Shown here in pieces: positions 1 to 13,300 of a DNA stretch of 64,000 nucleotides. Within the stretch, counting starts at the first letter, position 1. Every line of letters starts with the position of its first letter. The translations under genes were made by a program, and so were the position numbers. The notes beneath the pieces are model-generated. The model searched no databases. It saw nothing but the letters and a program-made list of their open reading frames with translations, and was not told the origin of the DNA. Origin of the DNA: Bilabrum cf. latius (taxonomy: Eukaryota); the NCBI GenBank assembly GCA_965178125.1, contig OZ237753.1:558001-622000 (forward strand), in the 5' to 3' direction.

Positions 1-2
1 AA

Positions 3-3000
3 TCTCAGCTGCGGCTGGGCGTGAGTGGCGGAGACAGGACGGTGTCATCTGAGCTGGGCTTCAGTATGGGCGCTGGGGCGGGGCGAGGTGCCAGCACCGG
101 CGTGGATCCTGACTTCGATACTACTGGCACTGCGCTTGATCCTGGGTATGATGTGGGGAGATAGGTGCCCATTCAGGTGTACCAGTGGTCGTGCGTTGCC
201 ACGCCGAGTGGAGGCACGACATAGACGGCCTGTCCCGAGCTGGTGCCGGGCAATGGCTAGCCCACGACTGTGGCTTCGATTCAGGTGTCGACTGCGACGG
301 CTGCGTCGTTCGCAGGTCAGCGGCTGGTACTGTCGGTGAATGCATCATCAGGCTTGGTGACTCTGAACGAGACAGGCAGGCGAGAGCTGCACGCCACGAC
401 TCGCATGCTGCAATCACAGGCATTGGTATCATCTATCGATGCAACGACTCTGGTCACGAGCCAGACCAGCAGTCGGGTCACGGTGGCACTGCCGGGTCTG
501 CCCTCGGTCGAGGTGAACGCGTTACGGACGAGACTGACTCGGCTGTCGGCAGAAGGGGGCAACACGGTGGTATCGCCATCTGTGAGGACCGTGCTGGATG
601 CAGTGGTGAATGGCATTGCCCCTCAGGATGCGAGAATCTCCGTGCAGGAAGAGGGCCTGACCCTGCTGTGGACGCAAGTGAGCGGGCCTGAGATTCCGGG
701 GCTGCGACGGGTGAACTCGACTGTGGCAACTCCTGGCGGCAGTGCGATTCTGACGTCACCGACGGCCCGCAGCATGGTGCTGCGGGCGGGCGTGCTGCAG
801 GTGGGAGCCACGTACACGTTCCATGTGGAGTCCTCGCTGGCATCTGTGAGTGCCGAGCTGTTGGAATCTGGAGACGTGACCGTGTCCGCCGATATCACCC
901 TTGTTGTGAACACCCCACCGCGGCCGGGTCAGGTTGAGTTGAATGGCCTGGTGGGATCCAACCGGACCATCCCGCGCGCCTTGCTGGACACGGTGCGTGT
1001 ATCCACAGATGGATGGATCGATGCAACGGAAGACTTCCCGCTCGAGTTCTCCTTCTTTGTGGACACCCTGGGACTGGTGGGGTAGAGGGATGCTTCCACG
1101 GCTGTGGTGTCGCCTAGCGAGATCGCGTCCATCTTGTCTAGAGCTGGCGTGATTCCGCTGCGTGGCGCCGGGCTGGAGTCGCAGCTGTCCTCAGTGCTGC
1201 CTTCGGGTCCCACTGTCGCGGGACAGCCGCCTGTGAACATGACCATCATCGCCACTGCCAGGGACCCCTCAGGTGCGCTGGGCCTGGCTGCGACGCAGAT
1301 CCAGGTAGCCCCGGCGCTGGACGAGTCCGAGCTGAGGAACAGCAGCGTGGTGACGAGTGCAGCGACAGATCGGCTCAACGAGGCCATCAACAGCGCGGCA
1401 TCGAGCGACCCGGGCAAGGCGCTTGTGCTGGCCGGGGCATCTGCTGGGCTGCTGAACTCGCTGGACACGAATGACACGTCGGCACAAGAGGAGGCGTCTG
1501 GCATCCGGGATCAGGTGCTGGGGCTTGTGGCAACTGTGGCCGAGACTGTGGATGTCACGGGCGAGAACATGCAGCTGGCCGCAGAGACTGCATCCTCGGC
1601 GCTGTCCACTGCCAACGCCACGACCGAGCACCAGCTCGGATCAGCGCTGAACGCCACGGAGCTGCTGCTGACTCGCCGACTGCAGGAGGGCGACCCTGAT
1701 GAGCCCTTGGACGACGGGCCGGCAGGGTCGCTGCTGCAGTCGTTGCGCGTGGCGTCGAATGCGGGAGCATCGCTGGGCGGTGGTGAGGCAGTGACGGGCG
1801 GGGAGCGCATGTCAAACTCGTCAGGACTACTTGGTCAAGCAATGTTGCGTGGGTCGGTCCCAGGCGAGGAGCAGCGCGTGCTGACATCTGAGAGCGGGGA
1901 CGGCAGCGGGATCTCGCTTGAGATGGTGGCGGGCCGTCTGGACGTGCTCGGCCTGGACACCGCAAATGTGTCGGTGGTGGCGGGCGGGGCAGATGTGCTG
2001 GGCCTGGTGGCCATCGGCAATGGGTCGGCTGCGGACTTCCGCACGTTGGCACAGCGGTATTGCAACCGGGCTGCTGGTGCACTGGTGGGCGAGGCTGCAT
2101 CCGGTGGAAATGTATCCGACAACAGCAGTGCGGGGGTGACATTCGGCGTGGCACTGGTGGATCAGAGCGGCGGTGGGAGGCGGCGCATCTTGCAAGAGTC
2201 TGGCGAGGACCTGTTTGGCGGTGTGGATGCCACGGCCATGGAGTGGAAGACGGATGGCAGCGGGGTGCGGTCGCCGCATCCGACAGAGTAGGTGGATCTG
2301 CTGTCCACGCACGATGTGGGCGGGACGGATGAGAACGCCACTGTGGGCGCGGCACTGAACCAGACAGGCGCTGACCTAGTGGAGACGAACCGCACGTCGA
2401 TCTCCACGACCGAGTCAGTGGGCGGGGGGCTGGGATCCACAGTGTCGATCGACCTGAAGGCGGCTTCGTCGGGCGGGTCTGTCGGCTTCTCCTCCGATGC
2501 GCTTGAGGTGTGCGTGTTTGTGCCCAAGGCGCCTGCACCGCCTGTGCCTGATGCGCTGGTGGGCCAGGAGCTGCCTGTGGTGGCCCTGGATGGAGACACA
2601 GGCGGGGAGCAAGCGTTCCCTAACCCGCGCGTGGAGGAGTCGGCAATCAACCTGACGCTGCCGCAGTCGTGCAGCGAGCCGCTGCTCGAGAATCAGACAG
2701 AGCAGGTGTTTGAGGTGCAGCAGGGCCTGACAGCTGCCGCATGCATCTACTGGAATCCTGATGAAGCGGCATGGCGGTCGGACGGGTGTCAGGCAGTGGC
2801 TCTGCTGGAAGGAGGCACGGTGTGTCGATGCACGCACCTGACGGATTTTGCGTCTCGCGTGGAGCTGTTGCTGTAGTCGAACAAGGAGGTGTTTGCGGTG
2901 GGCTCGCGGCCCATCACGGCAGCCGATGTGCTGGCCAATCCTGAGACGTTCATCGCCATCGGGGCCATGAGTCTGGGCGTGATCATCGCGGCTGTGGGCA

Positions 3001-6000
3001 CGATCTGGATCGAGCAGCGAGACCGGATCCGGTTCTCTCGGCGCCTGGTGCGGGACCCCGAGATCGCTGTGGTGCGCGACATGGTGCGGCTGGAGGGCAC
3101 GGCGGAGCTGCTGGGGAGCAGCCTACGCAAGTGGGAGCGGGAGGTGCTGTCCACGACGGCCGAGCGGGGAGGCAAGCCGCTGAATAGGACCGATGAGCAC
3201 GCGGCAGATGCACAGTTGGACGAGGCACTGCGGTTCGGGAGCCAGGCCCTGGCTGCAATCAGCGGGTCAAGCGTTGCAGCCGAGCCTGATGCCGGCAGCA
3301 AGGGCCAGGACGGGAACGAGCTGAGCGGGCTGCGGCCCCGCGTGCAGCGCCAGATGCGTCGGAACAAGGTGTCGAAGAGAAGCATCCCGCTGTTCGAGCT
3401 GTTCATCCCGGGCACGCGCGCCTTCCTGGAGCAAGAGATCCTGGCTCGGGCCACGAACAAGGCCGAGGCACAAGCGAGGGACGGGTGGTGCTATTGCTGC
3501 TTCGAGTGGTGCTGCAGTGTGAAGGACCTGTAGGTCGAGAGTGAATACAAGAGTGACGATGATGGCAGCACGGCCTATGGCAATCTGTCTGTGGCCGGCG
3601 ACAGTCTGCAAGACATGTACAAGGGCGTGGTGGAGGAAGGCAAGGACAGTCCTGAAGGCAGCCTAGGCAACCACGCCCTGGTGTCTGCGCGTGGGAACAG
3701 GAGGAAGCGGGCCGGGTCAAGCAAGTCCGGGGCGGCGGTACGCAAGCCGCCGAGTAGCCGTATCCGCAGGAGCGGGTACTCGGCTGCAGAGCTGTCTGCG
3801 ATGAGTCCGTGCTACCGCGCTTGGGTGCTGCGGTGTGACTTGCTGTCCCTATGGTGCGCCCGGCTGCCGTACGAGCACATCCTGCTTGCCGCTTTCTTCC
3901 GCTTCAACTATCAGCAGGACCGTATCATGCGGCTGGGCCAGCTGCTGGCTGTGATCTTCATCGGGATGTTTGCCACGGCGTTCTTCTACAGCATCACGGG
4001 GGCGGACTACTCCGGCATTGACGAGGACTGTGACGGCGAGGATGACTTTGCGCCCCTGGCTCTGTGGGAGCAAGCAGTGTTTGCGGTGGCTGCATCGCTG
4101 CTGCAGCTGCCAGCTGGGATCCTGTTGACTGTGCTGTTTGGGATGTCCGGCGATGCATGTTTCTTGTGGCGGTACTTTCCGATTTGGCGCGAGCTGTAGC
4201 TGCGGTCTGTGGCTGAGGTGCACCTGGGCTCCAAGGTGGGCGACTTGAGGAGGAAGCTGCAGGTGCTGCAGACGTCTCTGGCGAACTGGCTGGAGACCAC
4301 AGAGGAGGCGGTGGGCAGCGATGACTTCGATCAGCTGCGCACGGTGGGAGAGCTGCTGGGCGACGAGAACACGGAGAAGCTGATTGACGATGTGATGGAA
4401 GGCAGACTGGCAAGGGGCAGCAAGCGGCTGGCAGCGGCTACCACATTCACGCTGGATGGCAAGCAGGCCGATCTAGTGGCAGACTCGCCAAGACGTGATG
4501 GCTCTAACATTGCAATGGCAGCATTGCATGATACAAAGCGAGTGACGGCCTTGCGTTCTCGCCGCACTGCCACCCGGTTGAAGCTGATCCGCGCCCTCCG
4601 CGACTATGGTGACTTCTTGGTGTAGGCGAGCCGGAGCGAGCTGGGGTGCATAGGGTACATCTGGTCCTGCAGATGCGCCGAGTTGCCGTGTTGCATCAGC
4701 GAGGCCCGTACACTTGCCCAGGCCGAGCATGAGAGACTGGTAGCTGAGTTGACTGCTGAGCTGGCCATCAGCAAGACGCAGGGCGCCAAGGACGACCTGA
4801 AGACTGCACGGGCGCTGGGACGGCGGGCGCTGCGGGAGGTGGCAGATGCATCCAGTCAGCCCAATGTGTTCTGGTTCCTGCCTGTGGAGGTGCTGCCTGA
4901 CATCTTCAACCCGGTGTCGCTGGGGTGGAAGAAGGCGCCGCGCACGTGCCAGATGTGCTGCCCGTGCATGGTGTGGTGCATGAACCGCTTGCCGGCGCAA
5001 AAGCCCTTGTTCCTGATCCAGCAGATGGCGGCTGATGGCCGTCCGTATGGGTGCTGCCACACTCGTCGGGACATGCGATCTGACCCCACGCTGCAATGGG
5101 TGGATCTGATGCGAGCCGATGCGGAAGCGAATGAATTGCCGTGGGAAAGGAAGCAGAGAGAGCGAGAGAATGCCAGCAGCTCAGGGGGCAGCTAGGGCAC
5201 TGGCGTCGATGGCTTCGACCCTGTTGCCCCGATGCCAGGGAATGATGATCGTCGCTCTGATGGCATGTCTGCAGATTCGGTGCCTGTGGATGTGCCGATG
5301 GTCCGGGCGAATAGAGCCATTCGGAAGGCTGTGCAGAACACGCGATACTGCGTGTGGTGCGACTGCTGCGAGTGCGGGCCCTTGGACTCGCTGCGGTGCG
5401 TGTGCTCTGTGGAGCGGCCAGCACTGCGCGGCACTGTCGACGTCCAGCGCGAGCAGCGTGGCTCGAAGGTGGATGAGCTGACAACGCAGCTGCAGACTGC
5501 AGATGGGCAGCGATCTCTATTGGTTGGAGCTAGCAGTGTGGGATCAGGGGCTTCCGATCCTTTGCATCAGCGCATGGCAGCGATCTACGAGCGACACGAG
5601 GAGGATGCGCTCACAGCTGCGGAGTCTAAGATCTATGGTCCAGAAGTAGCGCTTTCTCGGCAGCAGTCTCGACAGACGATGCACTCTACACTGGAGCGAA
5701 AGTCCTCGATCGGAGCAATGAGCATCGACTGGGAAGAGGATGAAGATTCCGAGATCTTACGCCAAGAGCAGCAACGTGAGCAGGAAGAGCGATCCATGGA
5801 TGCTAGGCTGCGATAGACCGTCGATGGGTATGACGATCTGCCCGAAGCCGATAAGGCAGACTACAGATCAGCACTGGGCATCGTACTGTCGGGATTCCGA
5901 GGCAGCACAAAAATGACGCTGAGACGAAGACACAGAAGCGACCCAGGCAGTATTACAAACGATCCGACTGATGGCGTGGCTGACGATCCTACAATTGCAA

Positions 6001-7151
6001 AGTCTTCGAGTCTGTAGCAACTCCTCAGCGAAACTCTGGGCGACGAGGGGATGCGGGCCGCAGTGCGGGGCACCTTGCTGCAGGAGGACGGCGCATGCTC
6101 TGCGGCTTTCATGTACTCGGCAATCTCCTTCGTGCTGCTGGCCGCACTGCTGTCGTTCGTGCTGTGGTTCATCCTGGCGTTCGGGCTGACTCGGGGGCGG
6201 GCCGTGATCAGCGAGTTTATGGTGACGTTCTGGACCTCCCAGGCCATCACGTTTCTGGTGACGCAGCCGCTGGTGGTGTTCGCGGCAATCGCGTGGGCCA
6301 CTACGTTTGGGCCAGTGATGGGCAAGCAGTGCTCGTGGATGCCGCTGTGCGGTGCGAGCGACGAGGCGCAGGAGTTCTCTGGGTCTCGCGTGCTGTCGGG
6401 GCGCGTGGAGAATGTGGCCATGCTGCACGCGGTTGGGGCCACGGCGGGACTGGCTGCACGCGACAGCTTGCTGGTGTTCTCGCTGACATCGGCTCTGTCG
6501 ACCGCATTCGCGCAGGAGTTCGACAAGGGCGCAGGTGCTGCGAGGGGCTCCGGGCCAGACGGCTATGACGGTCCTGATGACGATGCCGAGGGGGAGGCGG
6601 TGGATCAGCTGGTCGTGGCCGCGATGTCTGGGGGACAAGGCTAGTCAGCTGAGCAGGATAAGGTGGATGGAGCGAAGAAGCGGAGGAAGGCAGCAGAGAA
6701 GCGGCAGCAGGCTGCATTCTACCGGATGGAGAGCAGACTGCACGACACGCTGACTCGCGAGTTTGCCCGGTTCCGCTTCCAGGCAGCGGTGGAGCAGATC
6801 CGACGAGTGGCACGTCGCGTGATGGAGCTGGGCAAGCAGGCCGAGGAAGCTCAGAGGCTGCAGGGCCATGCAAATGGCGAGTTAGTGCACGTGGGCGGCA
6901 AGGCCCCTGCAGACGGCGGTCCTGACCGCGTGGCTGGGTTTGGGGATGCAGTCCCACAGGAGCCTGAGCCAGCTGAGGGTGGCTTGCTGAGCGTGGCTGG
7001 ATTGGACCGAGACCGCAGGATCAAGCGGCTTCGGAAAGTTGCATCAAGGGGCCGGCGGGCTGCACGGCTGCTTGAGCTGGTCAAAGCGGCGGTGCAGAAG
7101 CAGAAGTAGCGGCTGCGGAAAGAGGTCAGGGGAGCCGTGGATGGAATTTAA
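3..7151 (+). CDS. Gene A: polycystin-1-like (REJ-GPS-multi-TM) receptor, 5'-partial, TAG read as Gln
   Basis: ORF-track pieces 270, 1104, 2292, 2889, 3591, 4209, 4683, 5232, 6051 and 6663 share one frame. They are separated only by 14 TAGs (162, 222, 258, 1083, 2289, 2874, 3531, 4197, 4623, 5193, 5814, 6015, 6642, 7107), with no TAA/TGA until TAA 7149-7151. REJ-like motifs: VVNTPPRPG, DGWIDATEDFPLEFSF. Canonical GPS: CIYWNPDEAAWRSDGC...CRCTHLTDFAS. Hydrophobic TM segments near 2950, 3940-4150 and 6110-6310. Confidence 0.88.
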
Positions 7152-7306
7152 TTATCGCGGGTAGAATCCGTGCATATTTTGCTAATCAACAATTGCTATT
7201 CTCAATTTTCACACTTCCTGGAAAAATCATCAAAATGTGCTTTGATACAAAAATAGCAAACAAGACTAAAAATCCTATTGATGCTACGATAGGCATAGTG
7301 GAACAT
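7152..7306. terminator. AT-rich 155-bp unique spacer, probably the shared 3' UTR/termination region of convergent genes A and B
   Basis: Sharp GC drop between the mirror-positioned stops TAA 7149-51 (+) and TGA 7307-09 (-). The spacer is not itself palindromic. Function is inferred from position. Confidence 0.5.
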
Positions 7307-10300
7307 TCACAGTCCGTCCATCGCGCCTCGGACTTCTTGACGTAGCCGCTACCTCTGCTCATCTACAGCAGCTTTGACCAGCTCAAGCAGCCGTGCAGCC
7401 CGCCGGCCCCTTGATGCAACCTTCCGAAGCCGCTTGATCCTGCGGTCTCGGTCCAATCCAGCCACGCTCAGCAAGCCACCCTCAGCTGGCTCAGGCTCCT
7501 GTGGGACTGCATCCCCAAACCCAGCCACGCGGTCAGGACCGCCGTATGCAGGGACCTTGTCGCCCACGTGCACTAGCTCGCCATTTGCATGGCCCTGCAG
7601 CCTCTGAGCTTCCTCGGCCTGCTTGCCCAGCTCCATCACGCGACGTGCCACTCGTCGGATCTGCTCCACCGCTGCCTGGAAGCGGAACCGGGCAAACTCG
7701 CGAGTCAGCGTGTCGTGCAGTCTGCTCTCCATCCGGTAGAATGCAGCCTGCTGCCGCTTCTCTGCTGCCTTCCTCCGCTTCTTCGCTCCATCCACCTTAT
7801 CCTGCTCAGCTGACTAGCCTTGTCCCCCAGACGTCGCGGCCACGACCAGCTGATCCACCGCCTCCCCCTCGGCATCGTCATCAGGACCGTCCTAGCCGTC
7901 TGGCCCGGAGCCCCTCGCAGCACCTGCGCCCTTGTCGAACTCCTGCGCGAATGCGGTCGACAGAGCCGATGTCAGCGAAAACACCAGCAAGCTGTCGCGT
8001 GCAGCCAGTCCCGCCGTGGCCCCAACCGCGTGCAGCATGGCCACATTCTCCACGCGCCCCGACAGCACGCGAGACCCAGAGAACTCCTGCGCCTCGTCGC
8101 TCGCACCGCACAGCGGCATCCACGAGCACTGCTTGCCCATCACTGGCCCAAACGTAGTGGCCCACGCGATTGCCGCGAACACCACCAGCGGCTGCGTCAC
8201 CAGAAACGTGATGGCCTGGGAGGTCCAGAACGTCACCATAAACTCGCTGATCACGGCCCGCCCCCGAGTCAGCCCGAACGCCAGGATGAACCACAGCACG
8301 AACGACAGCAGTGCGGCCAGCAGCACGAAGGAGATTGCCGAGTACATGAAAGCCGCAGAGCATGCGCCGTCCTCCTGCAGCAAGGTGCCCCGCACTGCGG
8401 CCCGCATCCCCTCGTCGCCCAGAGTTTCGCTGAGGAGTTGCTACAGACTCGAAGACTTTGCAATTGTAGGATCGTCAGCCACGCCATCAGTCGGATCGTT
8501 TGTAATACTGCCTGGGTCGCTTCTGTGTCTTCGTCTCAGCGTCATTTTTGTGCTGCCTCGGAATCCCGACAGTACGATGCCCAGTGCTGATCTGTAGTCT
8601 GCCTTATCGGCTTCGGGCAGATCGTCATACCCATCGACGGTCTATCGCAGCCTAGCATCCATGGATCGCTCTTCCTGCTCACGTTGCTGCTCTTGGCGTA
8701 AGATCTCGGAATCTTCATCCTCTTCCCAGTCGATGCTCATTGCTCCGATCGAGGACTTTCGCTCCAGTGTAGAGTGCATCGTCTGTCGAGACTGCTGCCG
8801 AGAAAGCGCTACTTCTGGACCATAGATCTTAGACTCCGCAGCTGTGAGCGCATCCTCCTCGTGCCGCTCGTAGATCGCTGCCATGCGCTGATGCAAAGGA
8901 TCGGAAGCCCCTGATCCCACACTGCTAGCTCCAACCAATAGAGATCGCTGCCCATCTGCGGTCTGCAGCTGCGTTGTCAGCTCATCCACCTTCGAGCCAC
9001 GCTGCTCGCGCTGGACGTCGACAGTGCCGCGCAGTGCTGGCCGCTCCACAGAGCACACGCACCGCAGCGAGTCCAAGGGCCCGCACTCGCAGCAGTCGCA
9101 CCACACGCAGTATCGCGTGTTCTGCACAGCCTTCCGAATGGCTCCATTCGCCCGGACCATCGGCACATCCACAGGCACCGAATCTGCAGACATGCCATCA
9201 GAGCGAAGATCATCGTTGCCTGGCATCGGAGCAACAGGGTCAAAGCCATCGACGCCAGTGCCCTAGCTGCCCCCTGAGCTGCTGGCATTCTCTCGCTCTC
9301 TCTGCTTCCTTTCCCACGGCAATTCATTCGCTTCCGCATCGGCTCGCATCAGATCCACCCATTGCAGCGTGGGGTCAGATCGCATGTCCCGACGAGTGTG
9401 GCAGCACCCATACGGACGGCCATCAGCCGCCATCTGCTGGATTAGAAACAAGGGCTTTTGCGCCGGCAAGCGGTTCATGCACCACACCATGCACGGGCAG
9501 CACATCTGGCACGTGCGCGGCGCCTTCTTCCACCCCAGCGACACCGGGTTAAAGACGTCAGGCAGCACCTCCACAGGCAAGAACCAGAACACATTGGGCT
9601 GACTGGATGCATCTGCCACCTCACGCAGCGCCCGCCGTCCCAGCGCCCGTGCAGATTTCAGGTCGTCCTTGGCGCCCTGCGTCTTGCTGATGGCCAGCTC
9701 AGCAGTCAACTCAGCTACCAGTCTCTCATGCTCGGCCTGGGCAAGTGTACGGGCCTCGCTAATGCAACACGGCAGCTCGGCGCATCTGCAGGACCAGATG
9801 TACCCTATGCACCCCAGCTCGCTCCGGCTCGCCTACACCAAGAAGTCACCATAGTCGCGGAGGGCGCGGATCAGCTTCAACCGGGTGGCAGTGCGGCGAG
9901 AACGCAAGGCCGTCACTCGCTTTGTATCATGCAATGCTGCCATTGCAATGTTAGAGCCATCACGTCTTGGCGAGTCTGCCACTAGATCGGCCTGCTTGCC
10001 ATCCAGCGTGAATGTGGTAGCCGCTGCCAGCCGCTTGCTGCCCCTTGCCAGTCTGCCTTCCATCACATCGTCAATCAGCTTCTCCGTGTTCTCGTCGCCC
10101 AGCAGCTCTCCCACCGTGCGCAGCTGATCGAAGTCATCGCTGCCCACCGCCTCCTCTGTGGTCTCCAGCCAGTTCGCCAGAGACGTCTGCAGCACCTGCA
10201 GCTTCCTCCTCAAGTCGCCCACCTTGGAGCCCAGGTGCACCTCAGCCACAGACCGCAGCTACAGCTCGCGCCAAATCGGAAAGTACCGCCACAAGAAACA

Positions 10301-13300
10301 TGCATCGCCGGACATCCCAAACAGCACAGTCAACAGGATCCCAGCTGGCAGCTGCAGCAGCGATGCAGCCACCGCAAACACTGCTTGCTCCCACAGAGCC
10401 AGGGGCGCAAAGTCATCCTCGCCGTCACAGTTCTCGTCAATGCCGGAGTAGTCCGCCCCCGTGATGCTGTAGAAGAACGCCGTGGCAAACATCCCGATGA
10501 AGATCACAGCCAGCAGCTGGCCCAGCCGCATGATGCGGTCCTGCTGATAGTTGAAGCGGAAGAAAGCGGCAAGCAGGATGTGCTCGTACGGCAGCCGGGC
10601 GCACCATAGGGACAGCAAGTCACACCGCAGCACCCAAGCGCGGTAGCACGGACTCATCGCAGCCAGCTCTGCAGCCGAGTACGCGCTCCTGCGGATACGG
10701 CTACTCGGCGGCTTGCGTACCGCCGCCCCGGACTTGCTTGACCCGGCCCGCTTCCTCCTGTTCCCACGCGCAGACACCAGGGCGTGGTTGCCTAGGCTGC
10801 CTTCAGGACTGTCCTTGCCTTCCTCCACCACGCCCTTGTACATGCCCTGCAGACTGTCGCCGGCCACAGACAGATTGCCATAGGCCGTGCTGCCATCATC
10901 GTCACTCTTGTATTCACTCTCGACCTACAGGTCCTTCACACTGCAGCACCACTCGAAGCAGCAATAGCACCACCCGTCCCTCGCTTGTGCATCGGCCTTG
11001 TTCGTGGCCCGAGCCAGGATCTCTTGCTCCAGGAAGGCGCGCGTGCCCGGGATGAACAGCTCGAACAGCGGGATGCTTCTCTTCGACACCTTGTTCCGAC
11101 GCATCTGGCGCTGCACGCGGGGCCGCAGCCCGCTCAGCTCGTTCCCGTCCTGGCCCTTGCTGCCGGCATCAGGCTCGGCTGCAACGCTTGACCCGCTGAT
11201 TGCAGCCAGGGCCTGGCTCCCGAACCGCAGTGCCTCGTCCAACTGTGCATCTGCCGCGTGCTCATCGGTCCTATTCAGCGGCTTGCCTCCCCGCTCGGCC
11301 GTCGTGGACAGCACCTCCCGCTCCCACTTGCGCAGGCTGCTCCCCAACAGCTCCGCCGTGCCCTCCAGCCGCACCATGTCGCGCACCACAGCGATCTCGG
11401 GGTCCCGCACCAGGCGCCGAGAGAACCGGATCCGGTCTCGCTGCTCGATCCAGATCGTGCCCACAGCCGCGATGATCACGCCCAGACTCATGGCCCCGAT
11501 GGCGATGAACGTCTCAGGATTGGCCAGCACATCGGCTGCCGTGATGGGCCGCGAGCCCACCGCAAACACCTCCTTGTTCGACTACAGCAACAGCTCCACG
11601 CGAGACGCAAAATCCGTCAGGTGCGTGCATCGACACACCGTGCCTCCTTCCAGCAGAGCCACTGCCTGACACCCGTCCGACCGCCAAGCCGCTTCATCAG
11701 GATTCCAGTAGATGCATGCGGCAGCTGTCAGGCCCTGCTGCACCTCAAACACCTGCTCTGTCTGATTCTCGAGCAGCGGCTCGTTGCACGACTGCGGCAG
11801 CGTCAGGTTGATTGCCGACTCCTCCACGCGCGGGTTCGGGAACGCTTGCTCCCCGCCCGTGTCTCCATCCAGGGCCACCACAGGCAGCTCCTGGCCCACC
11901 AGCGCATCGGGTACACGCGGTGCAGGTGCCTTGGGCACGAACACGCACACCTCAAGCGCATCAGAGGAGAAGCCGACAGACCCGCCCGACGAAGCCGCCT
12001 TCAGGTCGATCGACACCGTGGATCCCAGCCCCCCGCCCACTGACTCGGTCGTGGAGATCGACGTGCGGTTCGTCTCCACTAGGTCAGCGCCTGTCTGGTT
12101 CAGTGCCGCGCCCACAGTGGCGTTCTCATCCGTCCCGCCCACATCGTGCGTGGACAGCAGATCCACCTACTCTGTCGGATGCGGCGACCGCACCCCGCTG
12201 CCATCCGTCTTCCACTCCATGGCCGTGGCATCCACACCGCCAAACAGGTCCTCGCCAGACTCCTGCAAGATGCGCCGCCTCCCGCCGCCGCTCTGATCCA
12301 CCAGTGCCACGCCGAATGTCGCACCTGTACTGCTGTTGTCGGATACATTTCCACCGGATGCAGCCTCGCCCACCAGCGCACCAGCCGCCCGGTTGCAATA
12401 CCGCTGCGCCAACGTGCGGAAGTCCGCAGCCGACCCATTGCCGATGGCCACCAGGCCCAAAACATCTGCCCCGCCCGCCACCACCGACACATTCGCGGTG
12501 TCTAGGCCGAGCACGTCCAGACGGCCCGCCACCATCTCAAGCGAGATCCCGCTGCCGTCCCCGCTCTCAGATGTCAGCACGCGCTGCTCCTCGCCTGGGA
12601 CCGACCCACGCAGCATTGCTTGACCAAGTAGTCCTGACGAGTCTGACATGCGCTCCCCGCCCGCCACTGCCTCACCACCGCCCAGCGATGCTCCCGCATT
12701 CGACGCCACGCGCAACGACTGCAGCAGCGACCCTGCCGGCCCGTCGTCCAAGGGCTCATCAGGGTCGCCCTCCTGCAGTCGGCGAGTCAGCAGCAGCTCC
12801 GTGGCGTTCAGCGCTGATCCGAGCTGGTTCTCGGTCGTAGCGTTGGCAGTGGACAGCGCCGAGGATGCAGTCTCTGCGGCCAGCTGCATGTTCTCGCCCG
12901 TTACCTCCACAGTCTCAGCCACAGTTGCCACCAGCCCCAGCACCTGATCCCGGATGCCAGACGCCTCCTCTTGTGCCGACGTGTCATTCGTGTCCAGCGA
13001 GTTAAGCAGCCCAGCAGATGCCCCGGCCAGCACAAGCGCCTTGCCCGGGTCGCTCGACGCCGCGCTGTTGATAGCCTCGTTGAGCCGATCTGTCGCTGCA
13101 CTCGTCACCACGCTGCTGTTCCTCAGCTCGGACTCGTCCAGCGCCGGGGCTACCTGGATCTGCGTCGCAGCCAGGCCCAGCGCACCTGAGGGGTCCCTGG
13201 CAGTGGCGATGATGGTCATGTTCACAGGCGGCTGTCCCGCGACGGTGGGACCCGAAGGAAGCACTGAGGACAGCTGCGACTCCAGCCCGGCACCACGCAG

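Noticed and set aside
6564-7894. TAG = Tyr, suggested by TAT 6564-66 pairing with TAG 7892-94 in the other arm
   Set aside because: A single site in an acidic low-complexity linker. Two CAG/TAG swaps and many Gln-column alignments outweigh it; best read as an ordinary nonsynonymous change.
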